Positions 18,625 to 28,723 are shown, counted from the stretch's first letter. The stretch: DNA of 64,000 nucleotides from Candidatus Bathyarchaeota archaeon (GCA_963827165.1 CAWGZR010000011.1:64001-128000); one strand, 5' to 3'. Notes: generated from the letters alone by a model not told the origin. A program made the numbers and translations.

Positions 18625-21498
18625 ATGCCGAATGCTTACCCAGTTAAAAGAGTCCTTCGCAACTGGAAACTTTTTACCGCGCTCTTAATCGGCATAGCGC
18701 TTGCATCCACGTTTTTTGCATGCATTGACGTAAAAGCTAACTCCTCTGCAACGACATCGCTGAACCAGCAACTCAAGAGCATTACTGTAGATATGCAGTT
18801 TAACACAAATCTCAACTTAACTGAAGTCACCCAAACGCAGGGTAACATTTCAAGCATCAACGGGGTCAGCAGCGTCGACGTCGTTTACAGGTTCAATTAT
18901 CCAGTGAAAGACCTTGAAACCAACTTTACAGATTATCCAGAGATAGCTTGCCTGCCTGAGTCATCCTCGATTAACCGCGAATGGACTAACGGGCCCGTTT
19001 ACATCGGGGCAAACCAAACATACGTTCTTGCAGGCACTTTGCTTGCGTCCAAAGTCCATATTGGTGATAACATAACCACCGAACTTATGTTCCCAACTCC
19101 TAATCAGGGTAACTGGACTACTATTTACCTCAACTTCACGGTTGCTGGTTTTGCAGATTTCACTGAAAAAGGCTATCAGCTTCTTTCAGGCAACACCTAT
19201 GAAATCTCGCCATATCAACCCCCAAGTTCAGTGCAAACCTACGAGTACCCTCAAGATTTAATGCTGATAGGCTGGAATAGCACTCTTCTGCGTTTCTGGT
19301 CCGGGATGGCCAACAGAACGGTTGACACAACTTTTCTGATAAATACTAATAATGACAAAATTATTAGCCCATGGAATGTTCAAACCTCAATCAATAATGT
19401 GAACGTCATAGCTAATGACATACAAAATAAACTTCTCTCAAATTATCAACAAGAAAGCTTTGTCCAAAACAACCTTGACAACGCATTGGAAAACTTCAAC
19501 TTTAACTTCCAAAGTACCCTTACCCAGTTTATCTTGTTCTCCATTCCTGTTTTCTTTATTTCATGGTACCTTGGTTCCACAGTCTCCGATGTTTCCTTCA
19601 CCATGCGAAGACGTGAAATCGGGTTACTATCAACCAAAGGCCTCTCAAGCGGACAAATCCAACGAATGTTCCTTGGAGAAGCAATAACTATCGGCGTTAT
19701 TGGCGGCGCTGTCGGAGTAATCGGCGGTTTAGTTTTAAACCAAGTTTTCAACGGCGGATTCAACGTGAATACTTTGTTTAGCCCGCAAGCAATCAGCCCC
19801 GTTACCATGGTTTTCACAGTTATTTTCGGCATGATTCTTGCTTTGTTATCAGTCTTTCTATCAGCACGTAAGGCTTCAAGGTTACCAACTGTTGAAGCTC
19901 TAAGAGAATACTCGCCCAGCTGGGCTTTCCGAGGCTCCCTTAAGATACCCGCTTGGATAGCGCTGGGTCTTGGAACTTATCAACTAATCATTGTCTTTTT
20001 CGGGATCAACGTGGTATCATTAGTGAACAATGCAAACTCTGGAGAGTTCTTCACAAACATTCTCTTGGCACCCGTAACAATACTTAACGGGATACTGACT
20101 TACATCGGACCCTTGCTGTTCTTCTGGGGGCTGACAAAAATACTAATTCAAAACTCGAGTGTTTTTCAACGGGCTCTCACAAGGATTTCAAGAGTCCTTG
20201 GCGACTTTGGCGCCCTGGCAGCGAAAAACGTTAGAAGAAGCCCAGCGCGTATCGCCGCGATAGCTTTCATAATTGCATTAATCATCGGTTACGGTGTTCA
20301 AGTAAATGGGCAAATCGCAAGTCAACAAGATTACTTAGTGAGGCAGGTTAAATACCAAGTCGGCGGCGACATTTCTATCGGTGTGGTAAACGCTACTAAA
20401 GCGACTCAGGTTCTTTCCGAAATATTGGGCAATGTCTCAGGTATTCAAAGTTCAACTATGCAGTGCCAGCTCAGCCAAAATTACGCTGGCACAACGATTA
20501 GAACAATTGATCCGACGAGCTGGCTTAAAACCGCTTATTACGAGAACGGTTGGTTCTCCGGCGCCAGCATGCAGCAAGCATTCACTGAGATGGAAAACAA
20601 CAACCAGACAATCATTCTGGAGCAGCGCGTTGCTCAAGAACTTAACCTCAAGGTAGGCGACACCCTGGCAATAGATTTTGCTTCAGGTGCAAGAACACTT
20701 ACGATAGTTGGGTTATTTGGTCCGAAATTACCCAGCAACGAGCTTCCAAGCGGGACAGGAGGCAGTACAACTGTTATAGGATCTGGTGGTCCGACGGACC
20801 TTCAATTTTATTCACCATATCTTATCACATGGTCGTATGTTCCTCGGAACCTCTTCAACATGAGCAGTTCCTTTAGCGACGCCTTCAAAGATGAGAACTT
20901 TGACACGACAATACTGCTGAAGTTAGATTCTGGAGTTAACGGAACTGCTGTAGCTGACAAAATCAGAAGCCTCAATCTCGAAATTGAAGGCGTAACATCG
21001 TTCGCTGAAGAATGGCAGCAAACTCAGCAAGGAAGCCAGACTGTGAGCACGGAAAATGGTCTAAACCCAGTTTATACTATGCAGGTTCTTGACTTTCAGA
21101 GCTTAGGAATTGCCTTTGCTATACTTTCTGCCTCTGTTGGAATGGTCCTAATAGCCGTCGTTAGCTTAAGCGAACGAAGCCGTGAAGCCACTATAATGAG
21201 CGTCAGAGGATTATCCTATAGACAGCTAGTGTGGATGTTTCTCGCTGAAAACTTGGCGGTTATAACTTTCGCAGTTATTCTTGGGTTAGCCGTCGGGTTA
21301 ATGATCGATTACGGCACCATAAACTCAGGTAACGCAGGATTGATCCAGCTTGTCCTTCCACACTTTGTTTACCCAGCCAGCGCCTTAGAAACAGTAGCTT
21401 GGTACATAGGTTTGATCTACGCTTCCACGATTGGAGCAATATTGGTCATGACAAGAAGGTACGTAACTAATCTCGAAAGGATGGTTAGAATGAAATGA
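18625..21498 (+). CDS. FtsX/MacB-type ABC transporter permease (two FtsX domains)
   Basis: 'RRREIGLLSTKGLS' and 'ERSREATIMSVRGLS' FtsX motifs; large extracellular loops. Confidence 0.9.
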   Translation: MPNAYPVKRVLRNWKLFTALLIGIALASTFFACIDVKANSSATTSLNQQLKSITVDMQFNTNLNLTEVTQTQGNISSINGVSSVDVVYRFNYPVKDLETNFTDYPEIACLPESSSINREWTNGPVYIGANQTYVLAGTLLASKVHIGDNITTELMFPTPNQGNWTTIYLNFTVAGFADFTEKGYQLLSGNTYEISPYQPPSSVQTYEYPQDLMLIGWNSTLLRFWSGMANRTVDTTFLINTNNDKIISPWNVQTSINNVNVIANDIQNKLLSNYQQESFVQNNLDNALENFNFNFQSTLTQFILFSIPVFFISWYLGSTVSDVSFTMRRREIGLLSTKGLSSGQIQRMFLGEAITIGVIGGAVGVIGGLVLNQVFNGGFNVNTLFSPQAISPVTMVFTVIFGMILALLSVFLSARKASRLPTVEALREYSPSWAFRGSLKIPAWIALGLGTYQLIIVFFGINVVSLVNNANSGEFFTNILLAPVTILNGILTYIGPLLFFWGLTKILIQNSSVFQRALTRISRVLGDFGALAAKNVRRSPARIAAIAFIIALIIGYGVQVNGQIASQQDYLVRQVKYQVGGDISIGVVNATKATQVLSEILGNVSGIQSSTMQCQLSQNYAGTTIRTIDPTSWLKTAYYENGWFSGASMQQAFTEMENNNQTIILEQRVAQELNLKVGDTLAIDFASGARTLTIVGLFGPKLPSNELPSGTGGSTTVIGSGGPTDLQFYSPYLITWSYVPRNLFNMSSSFSDAFKDENFDTTILLKLDSGVNGTAVADKIRSLNLEIEGVTSFAEEWQQTQQGSQTVSTENGLNPVYTMQVLDFQSLGIAFAILSASVGMVLIAVVSLSERSREATIMSVRGLSYRQLVWMFLAENLAVITFAVILGLAVGLMIDYGTINSGNAGLIQLVLPHFVYPASALETVAWYIGLIYASTIGAILVMTRRYVTNLERMVRMK

Positions 21499-22391
21499 GC
21501 GGGCTAGACATCAAAATAAGAAACCTCGTAAAAGTCCATCAAACGGGCAAAATAGAAGTCCAAGCATTACGTGGACTAAACTTGGATATAACTTCAGGCG
21601 AACTAGTTTCCATAATAGGTCCAAGCGGAAGCGGAAAAACAACGTTGCTAAACATCATCGGGGGCTTAGACAAGGCAACCGCAGGAACAGTTCAAGTCGG
21701 CGACAAAACCGTGACAGCTTTCTCCGTCAGTCAACTTGTCGATTATCGAAGAAAAACCGTGGGACACATTTTCCAGAACCTCAACTTAATCCCAACCCTA
21801 ACGGCGAAGGAAAATGTTGAATTCTCAATGATTGCCTCGGGTTCTCCAAGAGCAAAGAGGAACGAGCGCGTGCATTATTTGCTTGGAACAGTGGGGATGC
21901 TTGACAGAGCAGACCATAAGCCTGAAGAGTTAAGCGGCGGAGAGCAACAGAGAATCGCGATAGCCGCTGCTTTAGCAAATAATGCGCCTGTGCTTTTGGC
22001 GGATGAGCCTACGGGGGAATTAGATACGCAGAACGCAAGAATCGTTGTTGAGTATCTTGTTAAAGTGAACCGTGAACTAGGCAAAACAATTTTGATGGTT
22101 ACACACGACCCAAGTGTTGCGAGAGCGTCAAGTAGAATCCTTCGAATTGAAGACGGCTTAATAAGAACAGCTCTAGCACCTTCCGAGGTTATTGTAAACG
22201 CGAAGGCTGTCTCCTACATAGACCAACTAAAGGCGAGAATCGGCGAAATAACTATGGAGCTAGATAAACTGGACGGCGACTTCAAAACTGACAAGATAAG
22301 CGGCGACGACTACGTTCAAAAAAGACTAAACCTCAAGAACGTCAAAGATAGCCTCAAAGAAGAACTTTCAAGAATGGGCGTAATCCCCTAA
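21495..22391 (+). CDS. LolD/MacB-type ABC transporter ATP-binding protein with C-terminal coiled-coil extension
   Basis: GPSGSGKT, LSGGEQQR, LADEPTG, VTHD; ATGA overlap with the permease. Confidence 0.95.
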   Translation: MSGLDIKIRNLVKVHQTGKIEVQALRGLNLDITSGELVSIIGPSGSGKTTLLNIIGGLDKATAGTVQVGDKTVTAFSVSQLVDYRRKTVGHIFQNLNLIPTLTAKENVEFSMIASGSPRAKRNERVHYLLGTVGMLDRADHKPEELSGGEQQRIAIAAALANNAPVLLADEPTGELDTQNARIVVEYLVKVNRELGKTILMVTHDPSVARASSRILRIEDGLIRTALAPSEVIVNAKAVSYIDQLKARIGEITMELDKLDGDFKTDKISGDDYVQKRLNLKNVKDSLKEELSRMGVIP

Positions 22392-22432
22392 TCGTGCATA
22401 GCCTTTCTTTGGCAAGGACACCTTTTCTTCTT

Positions 22433-23281
22433 TTATAAGCGGAGAACTAAGTACAACAGACCACTTGCAATTGCTATGATGCCGAGGGCAGCGGTAAGGT
22501 AAGTTATCCTTTGTTTTCCAGCCACTTTGATAAGAAAATCTATGAGAAATAAGCTGATTACTGTTGAGGTGACGATTGCTATGGCTAAACCTGGTACCCC
22601 TATTGCAGATATTGAAGCGGCAACATTCTGTCTGCTCGCAACTAAAGTCAATCCAAAGGCTCCTGCCGCGGCGAAAATTCCTGCAGTGAAGGATAATCTG
22701 AAGGTTTCATCGGGTTCGATGCCAAGCAACAGCATGGCGCTTGTAGTAATTCCTGATCTGCTAACGCCTGGTAGAGCTGATATTCCCTGTGCAATGCCTA
22801 TTAATATGTAATCTTTAATGGTGAGGTTTTCCAGTTTTCTGAAAGCTTTTCCTTGTTGCTGCCTCTTTTTGGAATATCTTATTAGCGCTGCATCTCCTAT
22901 AAGGATGAGGCCTATGATTAGCATGGGTATGCCTAAGGCTAATGACGGTATTGAATCTGCGATTAAATATAGTGGAGCCGCAATTACACCCGTGATCACA
23001 GTGACGACAAGAACATAAAAGAAAAGTTTGCGTTTAATTTGATCTTTTGAACCTGCTAAAACTTGCACTAGTTTAACCAAATCTTTCCTGAAATAAATTA
23101 CAGCCGCGGCCAATGTGCCTATCTCCATAAACAAGCCAAAAGTGTATGCTTGCTGGTACGTGAGCTTCAGCAAGATAGAAGAGGAAACAATTATCTGCGT
23201 TTTGCTGCTGATGGGTAGCCACTCTGAAACGCCCTGAATGATCCCAATTATTATGGAGTATAGTAGCTGGATAAGAGTCAT
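22433..23281 (-). CDS. uppP: Undecaprenyl/polyprenyl-diphosphate phosphatase (BacA family)
   Basis: 'GIIQGVSEWLPISS' and 'AQGISALPGVSRSGIT' BacA motifs; start at MTLIQ (23281). Confidence 0.92.
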   Translation of the reverse strand: MTLIQLLYSIIIGIIQGVSEWLPISSKTQIIVSSSILLKLTYQQAYTFGLFMEIGTLAAAVIYFRKDLVKLVQVLAGSKDQIKRKLFFYVLVVTVITGVIAAPLYLIADSIPSLALGIPMLIIGLILIGDAALIRYSKKRQQQGKAFRKLENLTIKDYILIGIAQGISALPGVSRSGITTSAMLLLGIEPDETFRLSFTAGIFAAAGAFGLTLVASRQNVAASISAIGVPGLAIAIVTSTVISLFLIDFLIKVAGKQRITYLTAALGIIAIASGLLYLVLRL

Positions 23282-23362
23282 ACAGTTCAGCTTAGAAATT
23301 GAGAAAGGGCGGCTGTGCAATAAAAGTTTTAGGGTTAAATCTTGAATCTTGACGCAAAACTT

Positions 23363-24568
23363 TCAAAGCATAGGTAGAAGTCCAAGTAATCCAATTATTC
23401 CGCCTACGACCACTATTAACGAGGCTATCCAGAAAGCGAGTTTCTCATATTTCTTGTATTGGTTTCCATTCATGACTTCCTTTTTGGTCACTAGTCTGCC
23501 TAAAAAGTACAGAGAGGGTATCAGTACCAGCGGGAATATGAACATCATGTTTAGCATCAGCTGGATATAGCCGCTTACAACAACTACGATGACGATTGCG
23601 GGTACGGCTTCCAACGCGTATATTTCTAGGAAGTTGGTTCTTGATTTTGGTCCAGATGCGCGTCCAGTTGCTTCCAGTACTCCCCATGCTGAGCCGAGCG
23701 ACACTACAACGAGGGCCAAGAAACCTGCGAAGATAAATCCTAACCCCATTATAGGTTCAGCATAGCGGCCAAAGACGGGCAGAGCCTTGGTTAACTCGCT
23801 GATATTGATTAGTTTGTCTCCGCTAAAAACATTCAAACCAACCACGACGAGGATAATCATAAGGATCTCAGAAACCACTGCGCCAATCAAAGTTTCCAAC
23901 CGCTCGTTTTTCAGGTCCTTGACCTCCTTGTGTCTGCGGGAATCTGCTCCTGAATGGAAATACAGCATCCACGGCATTATGACTGCGCCGACACTGGCCG
24001 CCAGCAGATATGCGAAGGATGGATTACCGTAAGGTTGCAGGGGCGAAAGACCCAGTGAAACAAACGATCCGAAGTTGACGTGGAATACGAAGGTTGAGCT
24101 GACAATTGCGATCATTAGAAGGAAGCTGACTGGTATGAGTACTTTTTCGGCTTGGTGGTACTGACGCCCGAAAACTATTAGCGTGTGAATCCCGAAAACG
24201 ATTATGAGCCCTAAGATCACTGGGAAACCAATTAATGCGAAGCCGATGGCGATGCCCGCGTACTGAGCAATGTACTCCAAAAAATCACTTAGACCCATCG
24301 GGACCGCTGCCATGAGCGCGGCTTTTTTCCCAAAATTATCTCTTATTTGTTCGCCGAGCCCTTTTCCTGAAGCAATTCCAAGTCGGCCCGCGGCGTCTTG
24401 AATGATGAAAAGCGGAAAAATCAGAACTATTAATATGAAAATCATCCTGTAGCCCCAGGTTGCGCCTGCTTGGAGTCCGGTTATAATGGAGGCGACATCT
24501 ACGTCGGCTATCATTACGATCCATGCTGGTCCGAAGTTTCTGAGCCAGTCGCTGACTTTTTGGTTCGT
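23363..24568 (-). CDS. mntH: NRAMP/MntH-family divalent metal transporter
   Basis: 'FGPAWIVMIADVD' and 'GAVIMPWMLYFHS' NRAMP motifs. The frame extends 18 codons upstream of the 24514 ATG to an ACG codon behind a GTGAGG RBS. Confidence 0.85.
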   Translation of the reverse strand, partial: TNQKVSDWLRNFGPAWIVMIADVDVASIITGLQAGATWGYRMIFILIVLIFPLFIIQDAAGRLGIASGKGLGEQIRDNFGKKAALMAAVPMGLSDFLEYIAQYAGIAIGFALIGFPVILGLIIVFGIHTLIVFGRQYHQAEKVLIPVSFLLMIAIVSSTFVFHVNFGSFVSLGLSPLQPYGNPSFAYLLAASVGAVIMPWMLYFHSGADSRRHKEVKDLKNERLETLIGAVVSEILMIILVVVGLNVFSGDKLINISELTKALPVFGRYAEPIMGLGFIFAGFLALVVVSLGSAWGVLEATGRASGPKSRTNFLEIYALEAVPAIVIVVVVSGYIQLMLNMMFIFPLVLIPSLYFLGRLVTKKEVMNGNQYKKYEKLAFWIASLIVVVGGIIGLLGLLPML

Positions 24569-24579
24569 CTCTCTCGCCT

Positions 24580-24599
24580 CACTTAGGTGTGCCTAAGTG
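24580..24599. promoter_or_regulatory. DtxR/MntR-type operator 1 (CACTTAGG-TGTG-CCTAAGTG)
   Basis: Inverted repeat with TTAGG-N4-CCTAA core, overlapping the mntH RBS region. Confidence 0.8.
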
Positions 24600-24618
24600 T
24601 CTACTAGCATATTAACAT

Positions 24619-24632
24619 TTAGGTATACCTAA
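24619..24632. promoter_or_regulatory. DtxR/MntR-type operator 2 (TTAGGTATACCTAA)
   Basis: Perfect 14-bp palindrome between the divergent mntH and DtxR-family genes. Confidence 0.8.
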
Positions 24633-24708
24633 GTTAATTTCCTTCGACACACGAAAAAGAACCTCCGCCAAGTCAAAACTTATATGACGATCAAGAATAA
24701 TCTATTGA

Positions 24709-25131
24709 ATGAAGCTAATGTGCGTCTCCGAAAGCGTTGAAGAATACTTAGAGACACTCTGGATCTCAGAGGAAAAAGGGGAAAAACTCGCGCATCTCAC
24801 TTGGGTAGCTGACCATCTTGGAATCGCTGCTCCAAGCGCATTAGAAATGCTGAAAAAACTGGAAAAAGAAGGTCTCGTAGTCTACAAGGTAAGACAGGGC
24901 ATCGAGCTCACGGAAAAGGGTCGAGTGATTGCCAGAAGAATAATTCGGGCTCACAGGTTAACCGAGGTGCTAATGAAAGAAACGCTCAAAACGGACATCC
25001 GAGAAGAAACCGTCTGCGGCATGGAGCACCATATGGATGAAGAATTCATGGATGCACTCTGCACACTTCTGAAGCATCCAACAAAATGCCCGCATGGACA
25101 CCCAATCCCAGCGGGAAAATGCTGTCCATAA
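24709..25131 (+). CDS. DtxR/MntR family metal-dependent transcriptional regulator
   Basis: 'SVEEYLETLW', HTH 'VADHLGIAAPSALEMLKKL', 'AHRLTE', 'CGMEHH', 'PTKCPHGHPIP'. Confidence 0.93.
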   Translation: MKLMCVSESVEEYLETLWISEEKGEKLAHLTWVADHLGIAAPSALEMLKKLEKEGLVVYKVRQGIELTEKGRVIARRIIRAHRLTEVLMKETLKTDIREETVCGMEHHMDEEFMDALCTLLKHPTKCPHGHPIPAGKCCP

Positions 25132-25241
25132 AAAGTTATTCCTCCCATATTTTTCGCTCTAACTTTTTTGAATCATCGAACCTCTTTTTTGTTGCGAATC
25201 CTTTTTGTCTTCGCAAACTGCATAGGTTCTTTTAGGGAAGA

Positions 25242-26111
25242 TTGGTGCCATTAATCACGAAGTTTGACCCGTGGCAAAGCGGACTCTGCACTTGCCCGCC
25301 AAAGCTTACTTTTAACCCTTACACCGGATGCGACCACCAATGCATTTACTGCTACGCCTCAAGCTACATCCCAAACTTCAAAGATTGCAGACCCAAAAAA
25401 GAGCTGCTTGCCATTTTGAAGAGGGAGGCCGCGAAGCTCAGCGGCGAAACAATCTCGTTATCCAATTCTTCAGACCCGTATCCACGTGCTGAAGTTTCTG
25501 AAGGTTTGACTAGACGATGCCTCGAAATCCTGGCTGATAGCAATTGCAAAATTCAGATAATTACCAAAAGCAACTTGGTAACGCGGGACGATGACTTGCT
25601 AAGCAAGGTGCCGTCAACTGTTGCCCTGACAATAACAACTGAAGACGACGACTTAGCTAAACTTATAGAACCATTTGCTCCTTCCCCGTCTCAGCGTTTG
25701 AGGGCAGCTCAGGATTTAATAAGAGCGGGTATTTCAGTCGTTGTTCGACTAGACCCACTCATACCACTTGTTAACGATCAACCAGAAACATTAATCGCGA
25801 ATTTAGCCAGCATCGGCGTCAAACATCTGACATGTTCAACTTACAAGGCTAAGCCAGACAATTGGATGCGGCTTACCCAAGCCCTGCCCAAAGTTGCCGA
25901 AAAGCTAAAACCGCTATATTTCCAGCAAGGTGAAAAAATCGGAGGCAGCACTCTTCTGCCCAAAGAGGTAAGGTTCAAGCTTCTAAAAAACATTCATGAC
26001 TTGGCGATTTCTCAGGGAATGAAGTTTGCAGTTTGCAGGGAAGGATTGGCCGGGTTAAACACCGCAACTTGTGATGGTTCCTGGCTTATGCCAAAAGTAA
26101 GGGGGGTTTAG
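25242..26111 (+). CDS. Radical SAM protein, spore-photoproduct-lyase-like (Rv2578c-like) family
   Basis: 'NPYTGCDHQCIYCYA' CxxxCxxC, 'SNSSDPYP', 'IITKS', 'EPFAPSPSQRL'. Confidence 0.88.
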   Translation: MVPLITKFDPWQSGLCTCPPKLTFNPYTGCDHQCIYCYASSYIPNFKDCRPKKELLAILKREAAKLSGETISLSNSSDPYPRAEVSEGLTRRCLEILADSNCKIQIITKSNLVTRDDDLLSKVPSTVALTITTEDDDLAKLIEPFAPSPSQRLRAAQDLIRAGISVVVRLDPLIPLVNDQPETLIANLASIGVKHLTCSTYKAKPDNWMRLTQALPKVAEKLKPLYFQQGEKIGGSTLLPKEVRFKLLKNIHDLAISQGMKFAVCREGLAGLNTATCDGSWLMPKVRGV

Positions 26112-26115
26112 AGGC

Positions 26116-27219
26116 ATGCAGAACCGCGTGGTTATGCTTGTAGATTTTGACTATTTCTATGCTCAATGCGAGGAGCTTCGTAACCCCGCCATAAGGGACA
26201 AACCCGTTGTGGTCGGGGTTTACTCGGGTCGCACAGAGGAAAGCGGAGCCGTCAGCACAAGCAACTACATAGCTAGAAAATACGGGGTTAAATCAGGATT
26301 GCCTTTGTTCATGGCTAAGCGCAAGCTTGAGGGCACCGAGGCAGTTTTCCTGCCCGTTGATCACGAATACTATGAGCAAATAAGCGACCGTATAATGCAA
26401 CTGCTCAAGGGATACGCAACCAGCCTTGAGCAAGTAAGCGTTGATGAGGCTTACCTTGATGTTACGGAGCAGGTACAAGACAGTTTTGAGAAGGCAAAAG
26501 AGTATGCCCAAAAAATAAAAACCGAAGTTAAAATTCAAGCGGGACTCTCCTTTTCGGTCGGTGTTGGTCCGAACAAACTTGTTGCTAAGATTGCCTGCGA
26601 CAGCCAGAAACCCGACGGCTTGACAATAGTGAAGCCTGAGGAAGCGAAGAGTTTTCTTGCGCCTTTAGCTGTAGATCGGCTCTTGGGCGTGGGAAAGAAG
26701 ACTTCTGCAGTTATGGAATCTTTAGGGATCAAAACAGTCGGGGACCTGGCGGTCTTTGATGTTCAAAAGCTCGTAGCTATATGGGGAAAAATACTGGGTG
26801 TCTATTTCCACAATGCAGCCAATGCCGTTGATAATGATCCTGTCCAAGAGCAGGGCGAAGCCGAATCCATAAGCCGAATCGGCACTCTCAAGCAGGATTC
26901 CCGTGACTTGGAATTTATTCTACAAAAAACCGAAGATTTAACCGAAGACGTGGCAAAAGATGTGGCGGTTAGAAACTTGAGTTTTAGGCAAGTGGCAATA
27001 TACGTTGTGCTTACTGATTTAAGCTGCAAAAGCAGGTCTGTGACACTTGAGCAGCCGGCTAAAGATAGGCAAACAATTAGGAGAAACGTCAAGGATCTAT
27101 TTGAAAAATTCTTGAGTGAAACCCCGTTTGATGTCCGAAGGGTCGGTGTCAAAGTTTCAGGGTTCAGCAAAGAAGAACGCCATCAAAGACAGTTGACAAA
27201 TTTTTTCCAAACTAGCTGA
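26116..27219 (+). CDS. dinB: Y-family DNA polymerase IV (Dpo4/Dbh)
   Basis: 'VDFDYFYAQCE', 'NYIARKYGVKSG', 'SVDEAYLD', 'AKIACDSQKPDG', little-finger 'RRVGV', C-terminal PIP-like 'QLTNFF'. Confidence 0.96.
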   Translation: MQNRVVMLVDFDYFYAQCEELRNPAIRDKPVVVGVYSGRTEESGAVSTSNYIARKYGVKSGLPLFMAKRKLEGTEAVFLPVDHEYYEQISDRIMQLLKGYATSLEQVSVDEAYLDVTEQVQDSFEKAKEYAQKIKTEVKIQAGLSFSVGVGPNKLVAKIACDSQKPDGLTIVKPEEAKSFLAPLAVDRLLGVGKKTSAVMESLGIKTVGDLAVFDVQKLVAIWGKILGVYFHNAANAVDNDPVQEQGEAESISRIGTLKQDSRDLEFILQKTEDLTEDVAKDVAVRNLSFRQVAIYVVLTDLSCKSRSVTLEQPAKDRQTIRRNVKDLFEKFLSETPFDVRRVGVKVSGFSKEERHQRQLTNFFQTS

Positions 27220-27270
27220 CTTCGCAAACTTTTATTCTATGAATCCCATTAAGTTTTACAGGTAAAATCT

Positions 27271-27867
27271 TTGAGTTGTGCGGAGTCAAACAAGAAGAAA
27301 CTGCCTCCTAATCAAGAAGCGACAGCTCGTCTTTTGCGTTGGGGAATTGACCATCCTGGCATTACCTCCACTAACCCTCAGCTTAAGCTCGAAACTTATA
27401 CATTAAGCGTCGATGGAGAGGTAGAAAATCCGGTTACCCTCAGCTGGAATGACTTCATGAAGCTTCCCAAAACCGTTTCAATAAGTGATTTCCACTGTGT
27501 CGAAGGCTGGAGCGTTATAGACTGCAAATGGGAAGGCATAACCATCCGCGAAATCGAAAAACTCGTAAAACCCAAAGACGTAGCGAAAGCTGTGACTTTT
27601 GAATCAGCGGACTCCTATACGACTTCGCTTTTCCGTGAAGAACTCCAAAGCAATGATGTACTTTTAGCCTACAAACTAAACGATGTCGTGCTTGAAGAAG
27701 GCTACGGTTTTCCAGTACGCCTCGTGGTTCCAAGCAAATACGCTTACAAAAGCGCTTTGTGGGTGGTGCATCTGCAATTTACCCGCGGCAAAGCTTTAGG
27801 TTTCTGGGAAAGACGAGGGTACAGCGACAGTGCCGATGTCTGGAAAAATGACCGTTTTAGACGGTGA
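27271..27867 (+). CDS. Sulfite-oxidase-like molybdopterin-binding oxidoreductase (YuiH/MsrP-like)
   Basis: 'LPPNQ', 'DFHCVEGWS', 'GFPVRLVVPSKYAYKSALW', 'GFWERRGY'. Confidence 0.9.
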   Translation: MSCAESNKKKLPPNQEATARLLRWGIDHPGITSTNPQLKLETYTLSVDGEVENPVTLSWNDFMKLPKTVSISDFHCVEGWSVIDCKWEGITIREIEKLVKPKDVAKAVTFESADSYTTSLFREELQSNDVLLAYKLNDVVLEEGYGFPVRLVVPSKYAYKSALWVVHLQFTRGKALGFWERRGYSDSADVWKNDRFRR

Positions 27868-28010
27868 AATGCGGCATTGGAATAACAACGCTTCATACGC
27901 CGATTATTTTCGTGCGATACTTTTCATGATTATAAATAACTATTTTGAATCATGATAACGTTTATAAGCTTGCTTTAATACCGTTGGGGAACATTAAGAG
28001 GTTAAAACTT

Positions 28011-28175
28011 ATGTCTCAAGATAACGCAGAGGCACAAACCCAAAAATGCAAACTGCTACCCGAAAGCATCCCTGACGGATGCGCGGTTATAACAGCAGAC
28101 GGCAGCAAACTGGAAGTGCCTTTACAAAAAAGAAAAGAAGACGCCAAAAAGACACTTTATCTGAACAGGGTCTAA
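28011..28175 (+). CDS. Small hypothetical protein (54 aa)
   Basis: ATG after GAGGT RBS; upstream TTTATAA box. Confidence 0.5.
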   Translation: MSQDNAEAQTQKCKLLPESIPDGCAVITADGSKLEVPLQKRKEDAKKTLYLNRV

Positions 28176-28276
28176 GACTGAGCACTGCGTGTCTTGGGGT
28201 AAAATCGCTTTTTATGCGCTTTAAGTCTTTTATACTCGTTAGGTTATCCGCTTAAAGCGGATGAGGCCACGAAAAA

Positions 28277-28723
28277 TTGGATTACACAGAAGCTAAAACT
28301 GGGCGAGTATTCATTCTGAGACTTCACCAAGGCGAGCGTATTAATGAGGTGGCGGAAAAATTTGCTGCCGAAAAACAAGTTCAAAGCGCAGTATGCTTCT
28401 TTTTAGGAGGGGCAGAAGATAAAAGCAAAGTTGTCGTCGGACCGAAATATGGCAAAATCTTTCCCCCTGAACCCATGGTAACTTTGCTCAAGGGTGTTCA
28501 CGAAGGCTGCGGCGTAGGAACCATTTTCACTGACGAGCAAGGCAAACCGAAGTTGCATATGCATGCGAGTTTTGGACGAAATGACAACACTGTTACTGGC
28601 TGCGTTCGTTTAGGAGTGGATGTTTGGCAAATCGGTGAAGTTGTTATACTGGAGCTTACAGGTGCATCTGCTAGGCGAGCTAAAGATAAGGATACAGGTT
28701 TTGAACTTTTAGACGTTGGTTAA
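28277..28723 (+). CDS. PPC domain (DUF296) protein
   Basis: 'GRVFILRLHQGE', 'PKLHMHASFG' HxH motif. Confidence 0.88.
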   Translation: MDYTEAKTGRVFILRLHQGERINEVAEKFAAEKQVQSAVCFFLGGAEDKSKVVVGPKYGKIFPPEPMVTLLKGVHEGCGVGTIFTDEQGKPKLHMHASFGRNDNTVTGCVRLGVDVWQIGEVVILELTGASARRAKDKDTGFELLDVG

